This document shows positions 10,499-20,388 of a DNA stretch of 51,809 nt, piece by piece. The notes beneath the pieces are model-generated. The model saw nothing but the letters and a program-made list of their open reading frames with translations. It was not told the DNA's origin and searched no databases. Position numbers and translations under genes: made by a program. Position 1 is the first letter of the stretch, and each line of letters begins with the position of its first letter. The DNA comes from an uncultured archaeon (GTDB lineage Archaea; Halobacteriota; Archaeoglobi; Archaeoglobales; Archaeoglobaceae), in contig CAYMRE010000001.1 of assembly GCA_964392755.1 (NCBI GenBank), forward strand, positions 1-51,809, in the 5' to 3' direction.

Positions 10499-11143
10499 AT
10501 GTTTTTTAAGCGAGTATTTTTCGGGGGGAAGCTTGAGAAGGAAGTTTTGGACTTAATAAGGGAGCATCTCGAAGTTCTGCAAACCGCATGCGAAACGTTT
10601 AAACTCGCTTTGGAAACCGATGACGACTCACTGTTGATGTCCATACTCGAGCTTGAGGATGAAGGAGATAGAATAAGGAGAGAGATAGCTATAAAAATTT
10701 ACGAAGGCGCTTTTTTACCCTATCTGAGACCGAACATATTTAGATTTTCGGAAGTCGTTGACGAAGCCATAGACAAGGTTGAAGACACGGTTTACGATTA
10801 CAAATATTTAAAAGCGTGTAAAAGCAAAACCATCCTTGACATAGTTAAAGATGATCTAATAGTTATATCCGATTTAAATTTTAAGGCGAGTAGAAGGTTG
10901 CTCGAAGCTTACAAAGCTCTAATTGAGGGTAAAGACTTAAGTGAGTTGACGATAAAGATTAGAGTTTACGAGAGGGAGGTTGATGCAATAAAGCACGATC
11001 TCGAAAAGAAGGTTAGGTGCGTTGATGTCGATGTATGGTCGGCTCTCTCATTTTTAAAACTTTTGGAGCATATCGTAAGCATTTCCGACTTGATAGAGGA
11101 TGCCGGAGACATTATTCAAATAATCAACGTCAGCCTGAGATGA
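10499..11143 (+). CDS. DUF47 / PhoU-like phosphate-transport accessory protein
   Basis: LEDEGDRIRR and YEREVDAIK repeats, ISDLIEDAGD; adjacent to PiT. Confidence 0.85.
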   Translation: MFFKRVFFGGKLEKEVLDLIREHLEVLQTACETFKLALETDDDSLLMSILELEDEGDRIRREIAIKIYEGAFLPYLRPNIFRFSEVVDEAIDKVEDTVYDYKYLKACKSKTILDIVKDDLIVISDLNFKASRRLLEAYKALIEGKDLSELTIKIRVYEREVDAIKHDLEKKVRCVDVDVWSALSFLKLLEHIVSISDLIEDAGDIIQIINVSLR

Positions 11144-11144
11144 T

Positions 11145-12074
11145 ATGATAGAATTAGCCATAATAACGGCTTGTATACTAATAGCTTTCAGCATAGGTTC
11201 AAACGACACGTCAAACGCATTTGGGATAAGCATAGGTTGTGGACTTCTAAAGTTCAGAACGGCTTTGATTCTACTGCTGATATTCGTCTTTACAGGTGTA
11301 AGCTTACAGGGATATGCCGTAATGAGAACCGTTGGAAAAGAGTTGGTGGGATTGAGCGGTAAATCGTTAGCGTTATCTTTGACGATGTCTGCTATCGTAA
11401 TAATTCTTTCAAATTGGCGCAGGTTTCCGCTTTCGAGTCATCAAGTTATAATCGGGAGTTTGACGGGTTCAGCTTTGGCTTTAGGATTACCGATAAACTA
11501 CTATACTCTCTTAAAGATAGTGCTGTCTTGGATTCTATCTCCTCTTTCATCCTTTTTTATATCTATAGCGATCTACAAGATTCTCGAAAAAACTCTTGTA
11601 AGGTATTCAGTCTTCGTGGCGGAGAGAATACTTTCAGTCCTTCTGTTGATCAGCGCAATTCTCATAGCTTACAATACCGGTGCCAACGAGCTTGCAACTG
11701 CTGTAGGATCGGTAGTTTACTACGGAATATTAACTCCCACTCAGGCTGGCGTAATAGGCGCTTTTTCACTATTTTTCGGTGCTTTGGCTTTAAGTCATAG
11801 AGTCGTTGAGACAGTTGGAAAGGGTATAACGGCATTGGATGTTATTTCTGGATTTTCAGCACAATTTGGTGCAGGTTTAAGCGTTTGGGTTTTCACAACT
11901 TTGGGAATGCCCGTTTCAACTACGTATTGTATAATCGGTGGTATATCTGGTGTTGGATTTTTGAAGAGCGTCGGAACTGTTAAGTTGGATCTGCTAAGGA
12001 GAATTGCTTTGAGTTGGGTTACCGCTCCGGCTCTGAGCTTTATAATTTGTTTCGCTTTGGGCAAAGTAATTTAA
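11145..12074 (+). CDS. PiT-family anion transporter (divergent signatures)
   Basis: GSNDTSNAFG, PLSSHQ, GANELA, GMPVSTT; multi-TM. Confidence 0.85.
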   Translation: MIELAIITACILIAFSIGSNDTSNAFGISIGCGLLKFRTALILLLIFVFTGVSLQGYAVMRTVGKELVGLSGKSLALSLTMSAIVIILSNWRRFPLSSHQVIIGSLTGSALALGLPINYYTLLKIVLSWILSPLSSFFISIAIYKILEKTLVRYSVFVAERILSVLLLISAILIAYNTGANELATAVGSVVYYGILTPTQAGVIGAFSLFFGALALSHRVVETVGKGITALDVISGFSAQFGAGLSVWVFTTLGMPVSTTYCIIGGISGVGFLKSVGTVKLDLLRRIALSWVTAPALSFIICFALGKVI

Positions 12075-12093
12075 TCCAAGCAAAACTTTGTGC

Positions 12094-13239
12094 ATGGACT
12101 GGTTCGAGCTTGAGAAGGAGTACTTGATTCCGTTTTACAGGAGGCAGAGAGTTGTTTTTGTTAGGGGAGAGGGTTGCTGGCTATACGACGAAAACGGTAA
12201 GAAGTATCTGGACTTGGTTGCTGGAATTGCATGTGTTGCAATAGGGCATTCGCATCCGCACTTCGTTAAGAGGGTTGAGGAGCAGTTGAAAAAATTGGTG
12301 CATGTTTCAAACCTCTTCTACACAACCCCTCAAATCGAGTTGGCGATGAAGCTGAGGGAGATAAGCGGAATGGACAAGTTCTTCTTCTGTAACAGCGGAA
12401 CTGAAGCTGTTGAATGTGCTCTGAAGATTTCGAGAAAGGTAACTGGTAGGAGGAAGTTTGTAGCCCTTAAAGGGGCTTTTCACGGAAGAACGATGGGATC
12501 CCTTTCCGTAACTTGGAAGGAGAAGTTCAGAAAGCCGTTTGAACCTCTAATTCAGCCCGTGGAGTTCGTTGAACCTAACAACGTTCACGATTTGGAGAAG
12601 AAGGTTGATGATGAAACAGCTTGTGTTATACTTGAGCCCGTTCAGGGTGAGGCTGGAGTTTATCCACTTGACGAAGGCTTTATCAAGGCTGTTTTTGAGG
12701 AGAGAGAAGAACATCACTTTATCGTGATATTCGATGAAGTTCAAACTGGATTCGGAAGGACTGGAAAGTGGTTTGCTAAGGATCACTACGGGGTTAAGCC
12801 GGATGTTATTGCAATGGCTAAGGCAATGGGTTCTGGATTTCCCATTGGCGGTGTTGGAGTTACAAACGAGGTCGCTGAGAAGCTCGAAGCTACTGAACAC
12901 GCTTCAACTTTCGGAGGGAATCCCTTAGCTTGCACAGCATCTCTTGCAACAATCGAGATTATCGAGAAAGAAAAACTCGTAGAAAATGCTGAGAGAGTTG
13001 GGAAGTACTTCAGAGAAAAGCTGAGCGAGTTAAGCGAGGACGTTAGGGGTTTGGGACTGATGATAGGTGCAAAGTTTGAGAAGGCTTTTGAAATCGTTAA
13101 GAGGGGATTCGATGAGGGTTTAGTGTTGAACGCAACTTCCGAGGACAATTTGAGGTTTGTTCCGCCTTTGGTGATGGGTAAGGAGGAGGTTGATCTTGCC
13201 GTGGAAAAGTTAGGCTTGATTTTGAAAACGCTAAGTTAA
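12094..13239 (+). CDS. argD: Acetylornithine aminotransferase
   Basis: [42 protein letters not shown]. Confidence 0.9.
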   Translation: MDWFELEKEYLIPFYRRQRVVFVRGEGCWLYDENGKKYLDLVAGIACVAIGHSHPHFVKRVEEQLKKLVHVSNLFYTTPQIELAMKLREISGMDKFFFCNSGTEAVECALKISRKVTGRRKFVALKGAFHGRTMGSLSVTWKEKFRKPFEPLIQPVEFVEPNNVHDLEKKVDDETACVILEPVQGEAGVYPLDEGFIKAVFEEREEHHFIVIFDEVQTGFGRTGKWFAKDHYGVKPDVIAMAKAMGSGFPIGGVGVTNEVAEKLEATEHASTFGGNPLACTASLATIEIIEKEKLVENAERVGKYFREKLSELSEDVRGLGLMIGAKFEKAFEIVKRGFDEGLVLNATSEDNLRFVPPLVMGKEEVDLAVEKLGLILKTLS

Positions 13240-13265
13240 AATATTTTGAAAACAACCTTTCAAGC

Positions 13266-14654
13266 ATGGATAGGATGGTTGAATTCTTCGGGCATGTGAT
13301 CGGCAATCCTCTCACAAGAAAAGCTATCAAGCACACTCTCAAGAGGGATAAAGACGGTGTTGTTAGGCTTGACAAGTATTTGCTGGCTTACGCTAACGGT
13401 GAGGATGTTAAGAGTTTGGAGTTCAAGGCTATAAAAAAAATAATAGAAGCCGGATTGAAAGCTTTCGGTGATGAGAATGCTGAAAAGCTTCTCAAGGAGA
13501 GGCTTAGAGATCCCTACTGGCGTAGAGGATTCATTTCAGTTATGAGGGGTTTGGCTGAGTTTGGAGTAAGAAAGCCGTTCGTTCCCGGTGCCCCGTTTCT
13601 CATCGTTTGGGATGTAACCTACGCATGCAATTTAAGATGTAAGCACTGTTACTCAACAGCCGGAAAGCCTTGGAAGGATGAGCTTAACACGCAGGAGGCT
13701 TTAAAGGCTATAGAGATTTTATCCGATGCTGGAGTCACTGCAATAGCCTTCAGCGGTGGAGAGCCTTTAATCAGGAAGGACTTCTTCGAACTTGCGAAAG
13801 CTGTAAGAGATCACGGGATGTTTGTTGCCGTCGCAACCAACGGAACACTTCTAACCAAGGAGAACGTTCAAAAGCTGAAGGATTTGGGTGTTTGGTTTGT
13901 GCAGATAAGCTTGGATGGAACAAAGGAGACTCACGAAGCTTTCAGAGGAATAAAAGGTATTTACGAGAAGGTTATAGAGGGTATAAAGAACTGCGTTGAA
14001 GCTGGACTGATTACCTGCATATCTACAACTGCAACGAAGCTGAACTATCAGGACATTCCAAAGGTCATGGATTTGGCTGAAGAGTTGGGTGTCCAGTGGT
14101 TTATGCTCTACAACTTCATTCCCGTAGGGAGAGGAGACTTTGAGATGGATTTGAGCGCTGAAGAGAAGGAAAGACTTCTGAGAGAACTTTGGAGCAGGTT
14201 AAAATCAACGGGAATAAACTTCATGTCTACCGCACCCTATTACGCAAGGATAGCTTTGCAAGAGGAAAGCGAAATAATCCCAACGCACTTCTACAATCCG
14301 AAGCTTGGAGGAAAGCTCAAGGTTTTGGCTGACTTCATAGGGGGTTGTGGATGTGGCAGATTTTACATAGCTATGAGGGCTAACGGAAACATAGAACCTT
14401 GTGTGTTCTTCCCTCTAACTTTGGCAAACATCAAGGAGTTTGAGAATGGTGACGATTTCTTGGAGTTCTGGAAGAGCAACAAGGTTTTGGAAGACCTAAG
14501 AAATAAGGATAAAATAGAGATATGCGGTGAGTGTAGATACAGATACGTTTGCGGAGGCTGTAGAGCGAGAGCTTACGCTTACTTTAAGGATTACCTCAAA
14601 CCCGATCCCGGCTGTATAATTGCGTACAAAAGGCTTGAAAAGAAGGTCAGGTGA
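13266..14654 (+). CDS. Radical SAM/SPASM-domain protein with N-terminal extension
   Basis: [49 protein letters not shown]. Confidence 0.9.
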   Translation: MDRMVEFFGHVIGNPLTRKAIKHTLKRDKDGVVRLDKYLLAYANGEDVKSLEFKAIKKIIEAGLKAFGDENAEKLLKERLRDPYWRRGFISVMRGLAEFGVRKPFVPGAPFLIVWDVTYACNLRCKHCYSTAGKPWKDELNTQEALKAIEILSDAGVTAIAFSGGEPLIRKDFFELAKAVRDHGMFVAVATNGTLLTKENVQKLKDLGVWFVQISLDGTKETHEAFRGIKGIYEKVIEGIKNCVEAGLITCISTTATKLNYQDIPKVMDLAEELGVQWFMLYNFIPVGRGDFEMDLSAEEKERLLRELWSRLKSTGINFMSTAPYYARIALQEESEIIPTHFYNPKLGGKLKVLADFIGGCGCGRFYIAMRANGNIEPCVFFPLTLANIKEFENGDDFLEFWKSNKVLEDLRNKDKIEICGECRYRYVCGGCRARAYAYFKDYLKPDPGCIIAYKRLEKKVR

Positions 14655-16116
14655 AGTTCAAGTTGGGAATCAGTACCGAGAGTATTATCGAGATGAATAC
14701 GAAGAATGCCAACGACTTCGTTATCACATTTACCGTATTCTCCTTCATGAAGTATCTTAACATATCTTTTAGAAGCCTTCCTCCATCTAAAGGAATTGCT
14801 GGTAAACAGTTAAAGAGTCCGACGTAGAAGTTCAACCAAGCGATCCAGTAAAATGCGTTGAGAAGGTAGAATATCGTGTTACCAAGGTTGGCGAAGAATC
14901 CTTGTGGTGTGAAGTAATTTGTTAAGCCGTCGAATCCTCTGAAGTAGAACGGCATTGCAGTTAGATAGAGCAAGCCATGAACGCTTAGCGGAATCTTAGT
15001 CAGAGAATCAAGTATGTTTTTGGAGTAACCTACAACAGCACCAGAAAAGTAGTCTCCGCCTATGAGAACCCCCAAGAATCCATGCCCATTCATCTCAGCC
15101 AATCTCACAGTATACGTCTTGATTTTACCATCTTCTAAAACCTCAAGCGTTACCGTCTCGTTCGGCTTCGTTTTAAACATGACCTCTCTAAACTTCTCAA
15201 CGTTTGGAGTCCTTATTCCGTTTACGGATAGTATTACCGAATCCTTCTTAATACCGACCGCTTTGGCGGGAGTGTCGTTTAGAATTCCTACTATGTAAAC
15301 GCCCATTACGGGTTTAACCTTGAAGCTCAAAATACTCCCATCCTGTTTTCTAACTTTAACGACGACAGATTTTAGATTGTCAACGGCTTTCAAGATGTCT
15401 TGAGAGGTTTCAACATGATAGCCGTTTATGCTTATTATTACATCACCCTCATCGAAGGTCTCAAAACCCTTCAAAACGACTACGTGGGGCGTTAAAAAAC
15501 CCAAAAGGTAAAAGAATACCGCGAAAGCCACAAATGCCGTAAAGAAGTTTGCAGTTATTCCTGCAGAATATATCCTCATTCTACTTCTCTTTTCTCTTTC
15601 CATCAGTTCCTTCTCATCCGGTTCCGCAAAACCGCCTACGGGTATTAGAGCTAAAACCACGCCTAAAGCCTTCACTCTGACGTTTTCAACCCTTGCAAGA
15701 ATTGCGTGGCTGAACTCGTGAGCTACGAGCGTAACTATGAGTCCTATCAGTCCCCAAACAAGCGGAATGAACTCATTCAAGCCGGGTATAAGTAGTATGT
15801 TTCTCGGACTAGTTGCCGGAGAAGGTTTGGGAGGGGATGTGAGCATTGTGTAGTCCATTATTAAAACCAGAAATATCATGTAAGCCATTCCAAGAAGAAC
15901 TAAAACTATTCCAAGATCCCCAAAAACTCTCCAAAATCTTTTTGGCTTAGATAGGGTATCGAGGAGTTTTAAACCTTTCTTCGTTCTTATCAAGAGTATA
16001 GGTCCTATGACGGATACATCCTTCTTTTCGAGTTTCTTCTTAAAGATCGTTACCGCTGTCCAGTACACGAGAAAAACTATCAAAACTATTAAAACTTCAT
16101 TCAAGGTCGAGTTCAT
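14647..16116 (-). CDS. Site-2 protease (M50) with PDZ domains
   Basis: [29 protein letters not shown]; two PDZ-like segments. Confidence 0.92.
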   Translation of the reverse strand: MNSTLNEVLIVLIVFLVYWTAVTIFKKKLEKKDVSVIGPILLIRTKKGLKLLDTLSKPKRFWRVFGDLGIVLVLLGMAYMIFLVLIMDYTMLTSPPKPSPATSPRNILLIPGLNEFIPLVWGLIGLIVTLVAHEFSHAILARVENVRVKALGVVLALIPVGGFAEPDEKELMEREKRSRMRIYSAGITANFFTAFVAFAVFFYLLGFLTPHVVVLKGFETFDEGDVIISINGYHVETSQDILKAVDNLKSVVVKVRKQDGSILSFKVKPVMGVYIVGILNDTPAKAVGIKKDSVILSVNGIRTPNVEKFREVMFKTKPNETVTLEVLEDGKIKTYTVRLAEMNGHGFLGVLIGGDYFSGAVVGYSKNILDSLTKIPLSVHGLLYLTAMPFYFRGFDGLTNYFTPQGFFANLGNTIFYLLNAFYWIAWLNFYVGLFNCLPAIPLDGGRLLKDMLRYFMKENTVNVITKSLAFFVFISIILSVLIPNLNFT

Positions 16117-16642
16117 TCTTAACTCCCTCTAAAGCCTTTATAGCAATCTCAAAAAATCTATCAAGATTTATTCCAAGCTCTTCAACCTTAGCTATCATCT
16201 CCCTGTTGCATCCCCTTGCAAAGCTCTTCTCCTTGAACTTTTCCCTAACAGTTTTAGGAGTTACAGCTGTAATCTTTCTGCCTTTAACGAGTGCACACGC
16301 AATTATTAGTCCTGAGATGTTGTCAGATGCAACTAAAGCTATTTCCTCCCTACTTTTCGGCTGAAAGAGAAAGTAGTTGTGATGCTTTACGGTTTCGCAA
16401 AAGCTCTCGTCAAAGTATTTTCTCAAGATTTCCGATCCAACTATTCCGTGTCTGTTCATATCACCTTCAACCAACTCGTAGTCTATATCGTGCAACAAAC
16501 CCAAAAGCTCCCACCTTTTTTCATCTTCACCCAACTCTTTAGCCAACTCTTTCATTATCGCTGAAGTGGCTATGCAATGTTTGATGAGCTTGTCGTTCTT
16601 AATGTAACTTCGCAAAAGTTCCAAAGCCTCACTGCGATCCAT
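16097..16642 (-). CDS. HD (HDIG-type) metal-dependent phosphohydrolase
   Basis: KHC, GLLHDIDY, HG, KFKEKSFARG; start at MDRSEALE. Confidence 0.88.
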   Translation of the reverse strand: MDRSEALELLRSYIKNDKLIKHCIATSAIMKELAKELGEDEKRWELLGLLHDIDYELVEGDMNRHGIVGSEILRKYFDESFCETVKHHNYFLFQPKSREEIALVASDNISGLIIACALVKGRKITAVTPKTVREKFKEKSFARGCNREMIAKVEELGINLDRFFEIAIKALEGVKNELDLE

Positions 16643-16690
16643 GAAAGGAATAGGGAGTAAGCTTAAAATCATTTCTCCCAACACACATTT

Positions 16691-17560
16691 ATGGAAAAGG
16701 TCAAGGTACTCATAGAAGCTTTGCCTTACATCAGAGAGTTCTACGGATCGTACATGGTCATAAAGATCGGCGGGCATGCTATGGTTAGTGATGCAGTCTT
16801 AGAGAGCGTTGTTAAAGATGTTCTCCTGCTTTACTACGTCGGTATAAAGCCGATAGTCGTTCACGGTGGTGGACCAGAGATTTCGGAGAAAATGCAGAAG
16901 TTTGGAATAAAGCCGAAATTTATAGACGGTTTGAGAGTTACGGATGAGGAGACTATGGAAATAGTTGAGATGGTGTTAGACGGGAAGATAAATTCCAAGA
17001 TAGTTTCAATGTTCATAAAGAATGGTGGAAAGGCGGTAGGGATTAGCGGTAAGGACGGGTTGCTCATAGTCGCCAAGAAGAAGCTCATAAAAAGGAAGAG
17101 AGGAGACTTAGAGGAAGTTATAGATTTGGGATTCGTCGGTGAAACTGAATACGTCAATCCCGATATATTGAAGATTCTGATAGATCACGGTTTCATTCCA
17201 GTAGTTTCACCAGTCGCTTCCGATTTGGCAGGAAACGTATACAACATAAATGCGGATATCGTTGCTGGGCATATAGCCTCAACTTTGAAGGCTAAGAAGC
17301 TGATAATTCTTACGGATGTTCCCGGAATTTTGAAAGATCCAAAGGACAAAAGCTCACTTATATCGAGGATAAAGGCTGAAGAGCTCGAAAAAATGCTCGA
17401 GAGCGGTGTTTTTAGCGGTGGCATGTTGCCAAAGGTTGAAGCGGTTCTGATGGCTTTGAGGAACGGTGTTGAGAGGGCACACATAATAGAGGGTAGGGAG
17501 CATTCGATTCTGCTCGAACTGTTTACTAAGGAAGGTATTGGAACGATGGTGGAGCCATGA
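16691..17560 (+). CDS. argB: Acetylglutamate kinase
   Basis: IKIGG, VHGGGPEI, GLRVTD, NINAD, GGMLPKV. Confidence 0.96.
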   Translation: MEKVKVLIEALPYIREFYGSYMVIKIGGHAMVSDAVLESVVKDVLLLYYVGIKPIVVHGGGPEISEKMQKFGIKPKFIDGLRVTDEETMEIVEMVLDGKINSKIVSMFIKNGGKAVGISGKDGLLIVAKKKLIKRKRGDLEEVIDLGFVGETEYVNPDILKILIDHGFIPVVSPVASDLAGNVYNINADIVAGHIASTLKAKKLIILTDVPGILKDPKDKSSLISRIKAEELEKMLESGVFSGGMLPKVEAVLMALRNGVERAHIIEGREHSILLELFTKEGIGTMVEP

Positions 17561-17955
17561 AGAAAGGGTACAGGTTCGAGAGGGAACTCTTGCACAAACT
17601 TTGGGAAATAGGTTTTGCCGCTGTAAGAACTCCAGCAAGTGGCGTAATGAGCTATCCCTGTCCTGATATAATCGCCGGAAACGGGAAAACTTATCTGGCG
17701 ATAGAAGTAAAGATGAGGTCATCTCTACCCCTTTACCTTTCCAAGGATGAAGTTAATAGTTTGAAGAAATTTTCCGAGGTTTTCGGAGCGAAACCACTCG
17801 TAGCATTGAAGGTTAAAGGTTTGGGATGGAGGTTCTTCACATTGGACATGCTTGTGGAAAGTAGAAGCAATTACAAGATTGACGAAAGTACGTTTTACAG
17901 AGGCTTCGATTTTGACGAGCTCAGAGGTTTAAAACAGCTTAGACTCGAACATTAA
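17557..17955 (+). CDS. hjc: Holliday junction resolvase Hjc
   Basis: G..FEREL, RTPASG, PDIIAG, IEVK. Confidence 0.92.
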   Translation: MKKGYRFERELLHKLWEIGFAAVRTPASGVMSYPCPDIIAGNGKTYLAIEVKMRSSLPLYLSKDEVNSLKKFSEVFGAKPLVALKVKGLGWRFFTLDMLVESRSNYKIDESTFYRGFDFDELRGLKQLRLEH

Positions 17956-17973
17956 AAACTGTTGAAAAATTTC

Positions 17974-18053
17974 GAAATGCTTATATTTAACCCAACGAAG
18001 TAGCCCCGAGCTTTGTTAGAAAGCTAAGTGAAAAAATAGAAAAGCATATATAT
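17974..18053 (+). promoter_or_regulatory. Two tandem BRE/TATA-like promoters upstream of sat
   Basis: GAAATGCTTATATTT (17974) and GAAAAGCATATATAT (18039); AGCTTT-N5-AAAGCT inverted repeat between them; strong SD GGAGGTGA before the sat ATG. Confidence 0.5.
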
Positions 18054-18101
18054 GTTGTCGTTGAAGACGGTATCGGATACGGAGTTAAAGGAGGTGAACG
18101 T

Positions 18102-19472
18102 ATGCCGAAGTTTAAGATGCCTCCACCGCACGGTGGCAGGTTGGTAGAGAGGGTCGTAGAAAAGAGAGACGTTGCCGAGAAAATGGCTGCTGGTGCCATT
18201 GAATACGAACTCAAACCAACAACCGATCCTAAAGGTGTTCCAATAAGGCACGTCTACAGAGAGATAATCTCAGTCTGCTACGGTTTCTTCAGCCCAGTTG
18301 AGGGTTCAATGACTTCTGGTGATTTGGAGAGGGTTTTGAAGGAGAGAAGACTTGAGAACGAGTGGGTGTTCCCGTACCCAATTCTGTTCGACATAAGCGA
18401 TGAGGATTTGAAGGCTTTGAACGTTAGCGAGGGAGACAGGCTCTTGCTTAAGCTCAAGGGTCAGCCTTTCGCAATAATGGATGTTGAGGAGATTTACAAG
18501 ATCGATCCTAAAGATGTTGCTACGAGGACATTCGGAACACCGGAGAACAACCCAGAAGTCGTAAGACAGCCGTTCGATGAGAAGCATCCGGGTTGGATGA
18601 TATACAGGTGCATGCATCCAAACGTAATCGCTGGTAAGTGGACGATCATCAACCCGCCGAAATTCAGGGAGCCGTACGACAGGTTCTGGCTTCCACCAAG
18701 GAAGTGCAGGGAAGTTATCAAGAACGAGAAGAAGTGGAGAACAGTCATTGCCCACCAGACGAGAAACGTTCCTCACACCGGTCACGAGATGCTGATGAAG
18801 TGTGCCGCTTACACTGGAGACATCGAGCCTTGCCACGGTATATTGGTAAACGCTATCATCGGAGCTAAGAGGAAGGGAGACTATCCGAACGAGGCAATCC
18901 TTGAGGGTCACGAGGCTGTTAACAAGTACGGATACATCAAGCCGTCAAGACACATGGTAACGTTCACACTCTGGGACATGAGATACGGTAACCCGATCGA
19001 ATCGCTCTTGCACGGTATCATCAGGCAGAACATGGGTTGTACGCACCACATGTTCGGTAGAGATCATGCAGCTGTAGGTGAATACTATGACAAGTTCGCC
19101 ACTCAGATACTCTGGAGGGACGGTATCCCAAGCTTTGGATTTGAAGCACCGCCAAACGAGGTTGACTACGGTCTGAAGATTATCCCGCAGAACATGGCAG
19201 AGTTCTGGTACTGTCCGATCTGCGGAGAAATAGCTTACAGCGAGAACTGTGGACACACCGATGCGAAGCAGAAGTTCAGCGGTTCGTTCCTGAGAGGTAT
19301 GGTCGCTGAGGGTGTCATGCCTCCGAAAGTCGTAATGAGACCAGAGGTTTACAAGGCGATAGTGAAATGGTGGAAGGTCTTCAACTACCCGTTCGTGAAC
19401 AACAAGTACTTGGAATACATAAACAAGGAGCTTGAGGTAGATTTGGAGCCGATGGAGATTCCTAAAGCGTGA
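18102..19472 (+). CDS. sat: Dissimilatory sulfate adenylyltransferase
   Basis: PHGGRL, QTRNVPHTGHE, RQNMGCTH, GRDHA, Zn site CPIC..CGH. Confidence 0.97.
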   Translation: MPKFKMPPPHGGRLVERVVEKRDVAEKMAAGAIEYELKPTTDPKGVPIRHVYREIISVCYGFFSPVEGSMTSGDLERVLKERRLENEWVFPYPILFDISDEDLKALNVSEGDRLLLKLKGQPFAIMDVEEIYKIDPKDVATRTFGTPENNPEVVRQPFDEKHPGWMIYRCMHPNVIAGKWTIINPPKFREPYDRFWLPPRKCREVIKNEKKWRTVIAHQTRNVPHTGHEMLMKCAAYTGDIEPCHGILVNAIIGAKRKGDYPNEAILEGHEAVNKYGYIKPSRHMVTFTLWDMRYGNPIESLLHGIIRQNMGCTHHMFGRDHAAVGEYYDKFATQILWRDGIPSFGFEAPPNEVDYGLKIIPQNMAEFWYCPICGEIAYSENCGHTDAKQKFSGSFLRGMVAEGVMPPKVVMRPEVYKAIVKWWKVFNYPFVNNKYLEYINKELEVDLEPMEIPKA

Positions 19473-19482
19473 GGTGGTTGAG

Positions 19483-19830
19483 ATGCCACACTACATCGGT
19501 ATTATTTTAGACGATAAGAGGTATGAGCAGATAAAGGGAACACCGCTTGAGGAGAAGATCCAGTACATCTTCGGCGGAACTCTGAAAATGCTTGTGGTCG
19601 AAGTGCCAGAAGAGAAATCCCAGGAGATTCTGAAGGCTTTCGACAGAGCGAGAATCGACTCAAGAGGATTCATCGAGGACTTGCCTGTTGCTTTCAGAAG
19701 GGCACTGTTCGAAGAGGTTGCAAAATCCAAGTCGTTAGATGTTATAGACAAGGTTCTTGAGAGATTGCCAGAGATTCAGGAGCTTGCAAAGAAGGAGGAG
19801 GAGTACATACCTCCTCCGGAGATTGAATAA
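19483..19830 (+). CDS. Hypothetical protein between sat and aprB
   Basis: 115-aa ORF after SD GAGGTG, codon style like its neighbours; no recognisable motif. Confidence 0.8.
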   Translation: MPHYIGIILDDKRYEQIKGTPLEEKIQYIFGGTLKMLVVEVPEEKSQEILKAFDRARIDSRGFIEDLPVAFRRALFEEVAKSKSLDVIDKVLERLPEIQELAKKEEEYIPPPEIE

Positions 19831-19907
19831 AATAGTAAAACTTTTAAATTTTTTCCGTTAGGGTGGGTCGAAGAATTTGGAATCCAAAAGTTTTGGAGGT
19901 GGGTTGA

Positions 19908-20360
19908 ATGCCAAGTTACGTAAATCCCGACAAGTGTGACGGATGTAAGGCATTGGAGAGAACCGCTTGCCAGTACATCTGCCCCAACGACCTGATGGTT
20001 TTGGACAAAGAGCAGATGAAAGCGTACAACCAGGAACCGGACATGTGCTGGGAGTGCTACAGCTGTGTGAAGATCTGCCCACAGGGTGCTATTGACATGA
20101 GAGGTTACGTAGACTTCGTGCCCCTCGGGGCACAGTGTGTACCAATGAGAGGTACCGATGCAATCATGTGGACAATCAAGTTCAGAAACGGTAAGATCTT
20201 GAGATTCAAGTTCCCGATTAGAACAACCCCATGGGGTTCAATTCAGCCATTCGAGGGCTTCCCAGAACCAAGCTTGGACAACTTGAAGAACGAGCTTCTT
20301 GCGGGAGAGCCTCAGATTTTGGACATGGACAAGTTGCCTGAGGTTAAGAAGAAGGCATAA
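19908..20360 (+). CDS. aprB: Adenylylsulfate reductase beta subunit
   Basis: CDGCKALERTACQYICP, CWECYSCVKICP, RFKFPIRTT. Confidence 0.98.
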   Translation: MPSYVNPDKCDGCKALERTACQYICPNDLMVLDKEQMKAYNQEPDMCWECYSCVKICPQGAIDMRGYVDFVPLGAQCVPMRGTDAIMWTIKFRNGKILRFKFPIRTTPWGSIQPFEGFPEPSLDNLKNELLAGEPQILDMDKLPEVKKKA

Positions 20361-20388
20361 CTTAATGTTTTTGATGGGGGTGGTTTAA

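Noticed and set aside
13240..16116. RiPP cluster (radical SAM/SPASM plus protease)
   Set aside because: No precursor ORF; the M50 protease is convergent and of the housekeeping type
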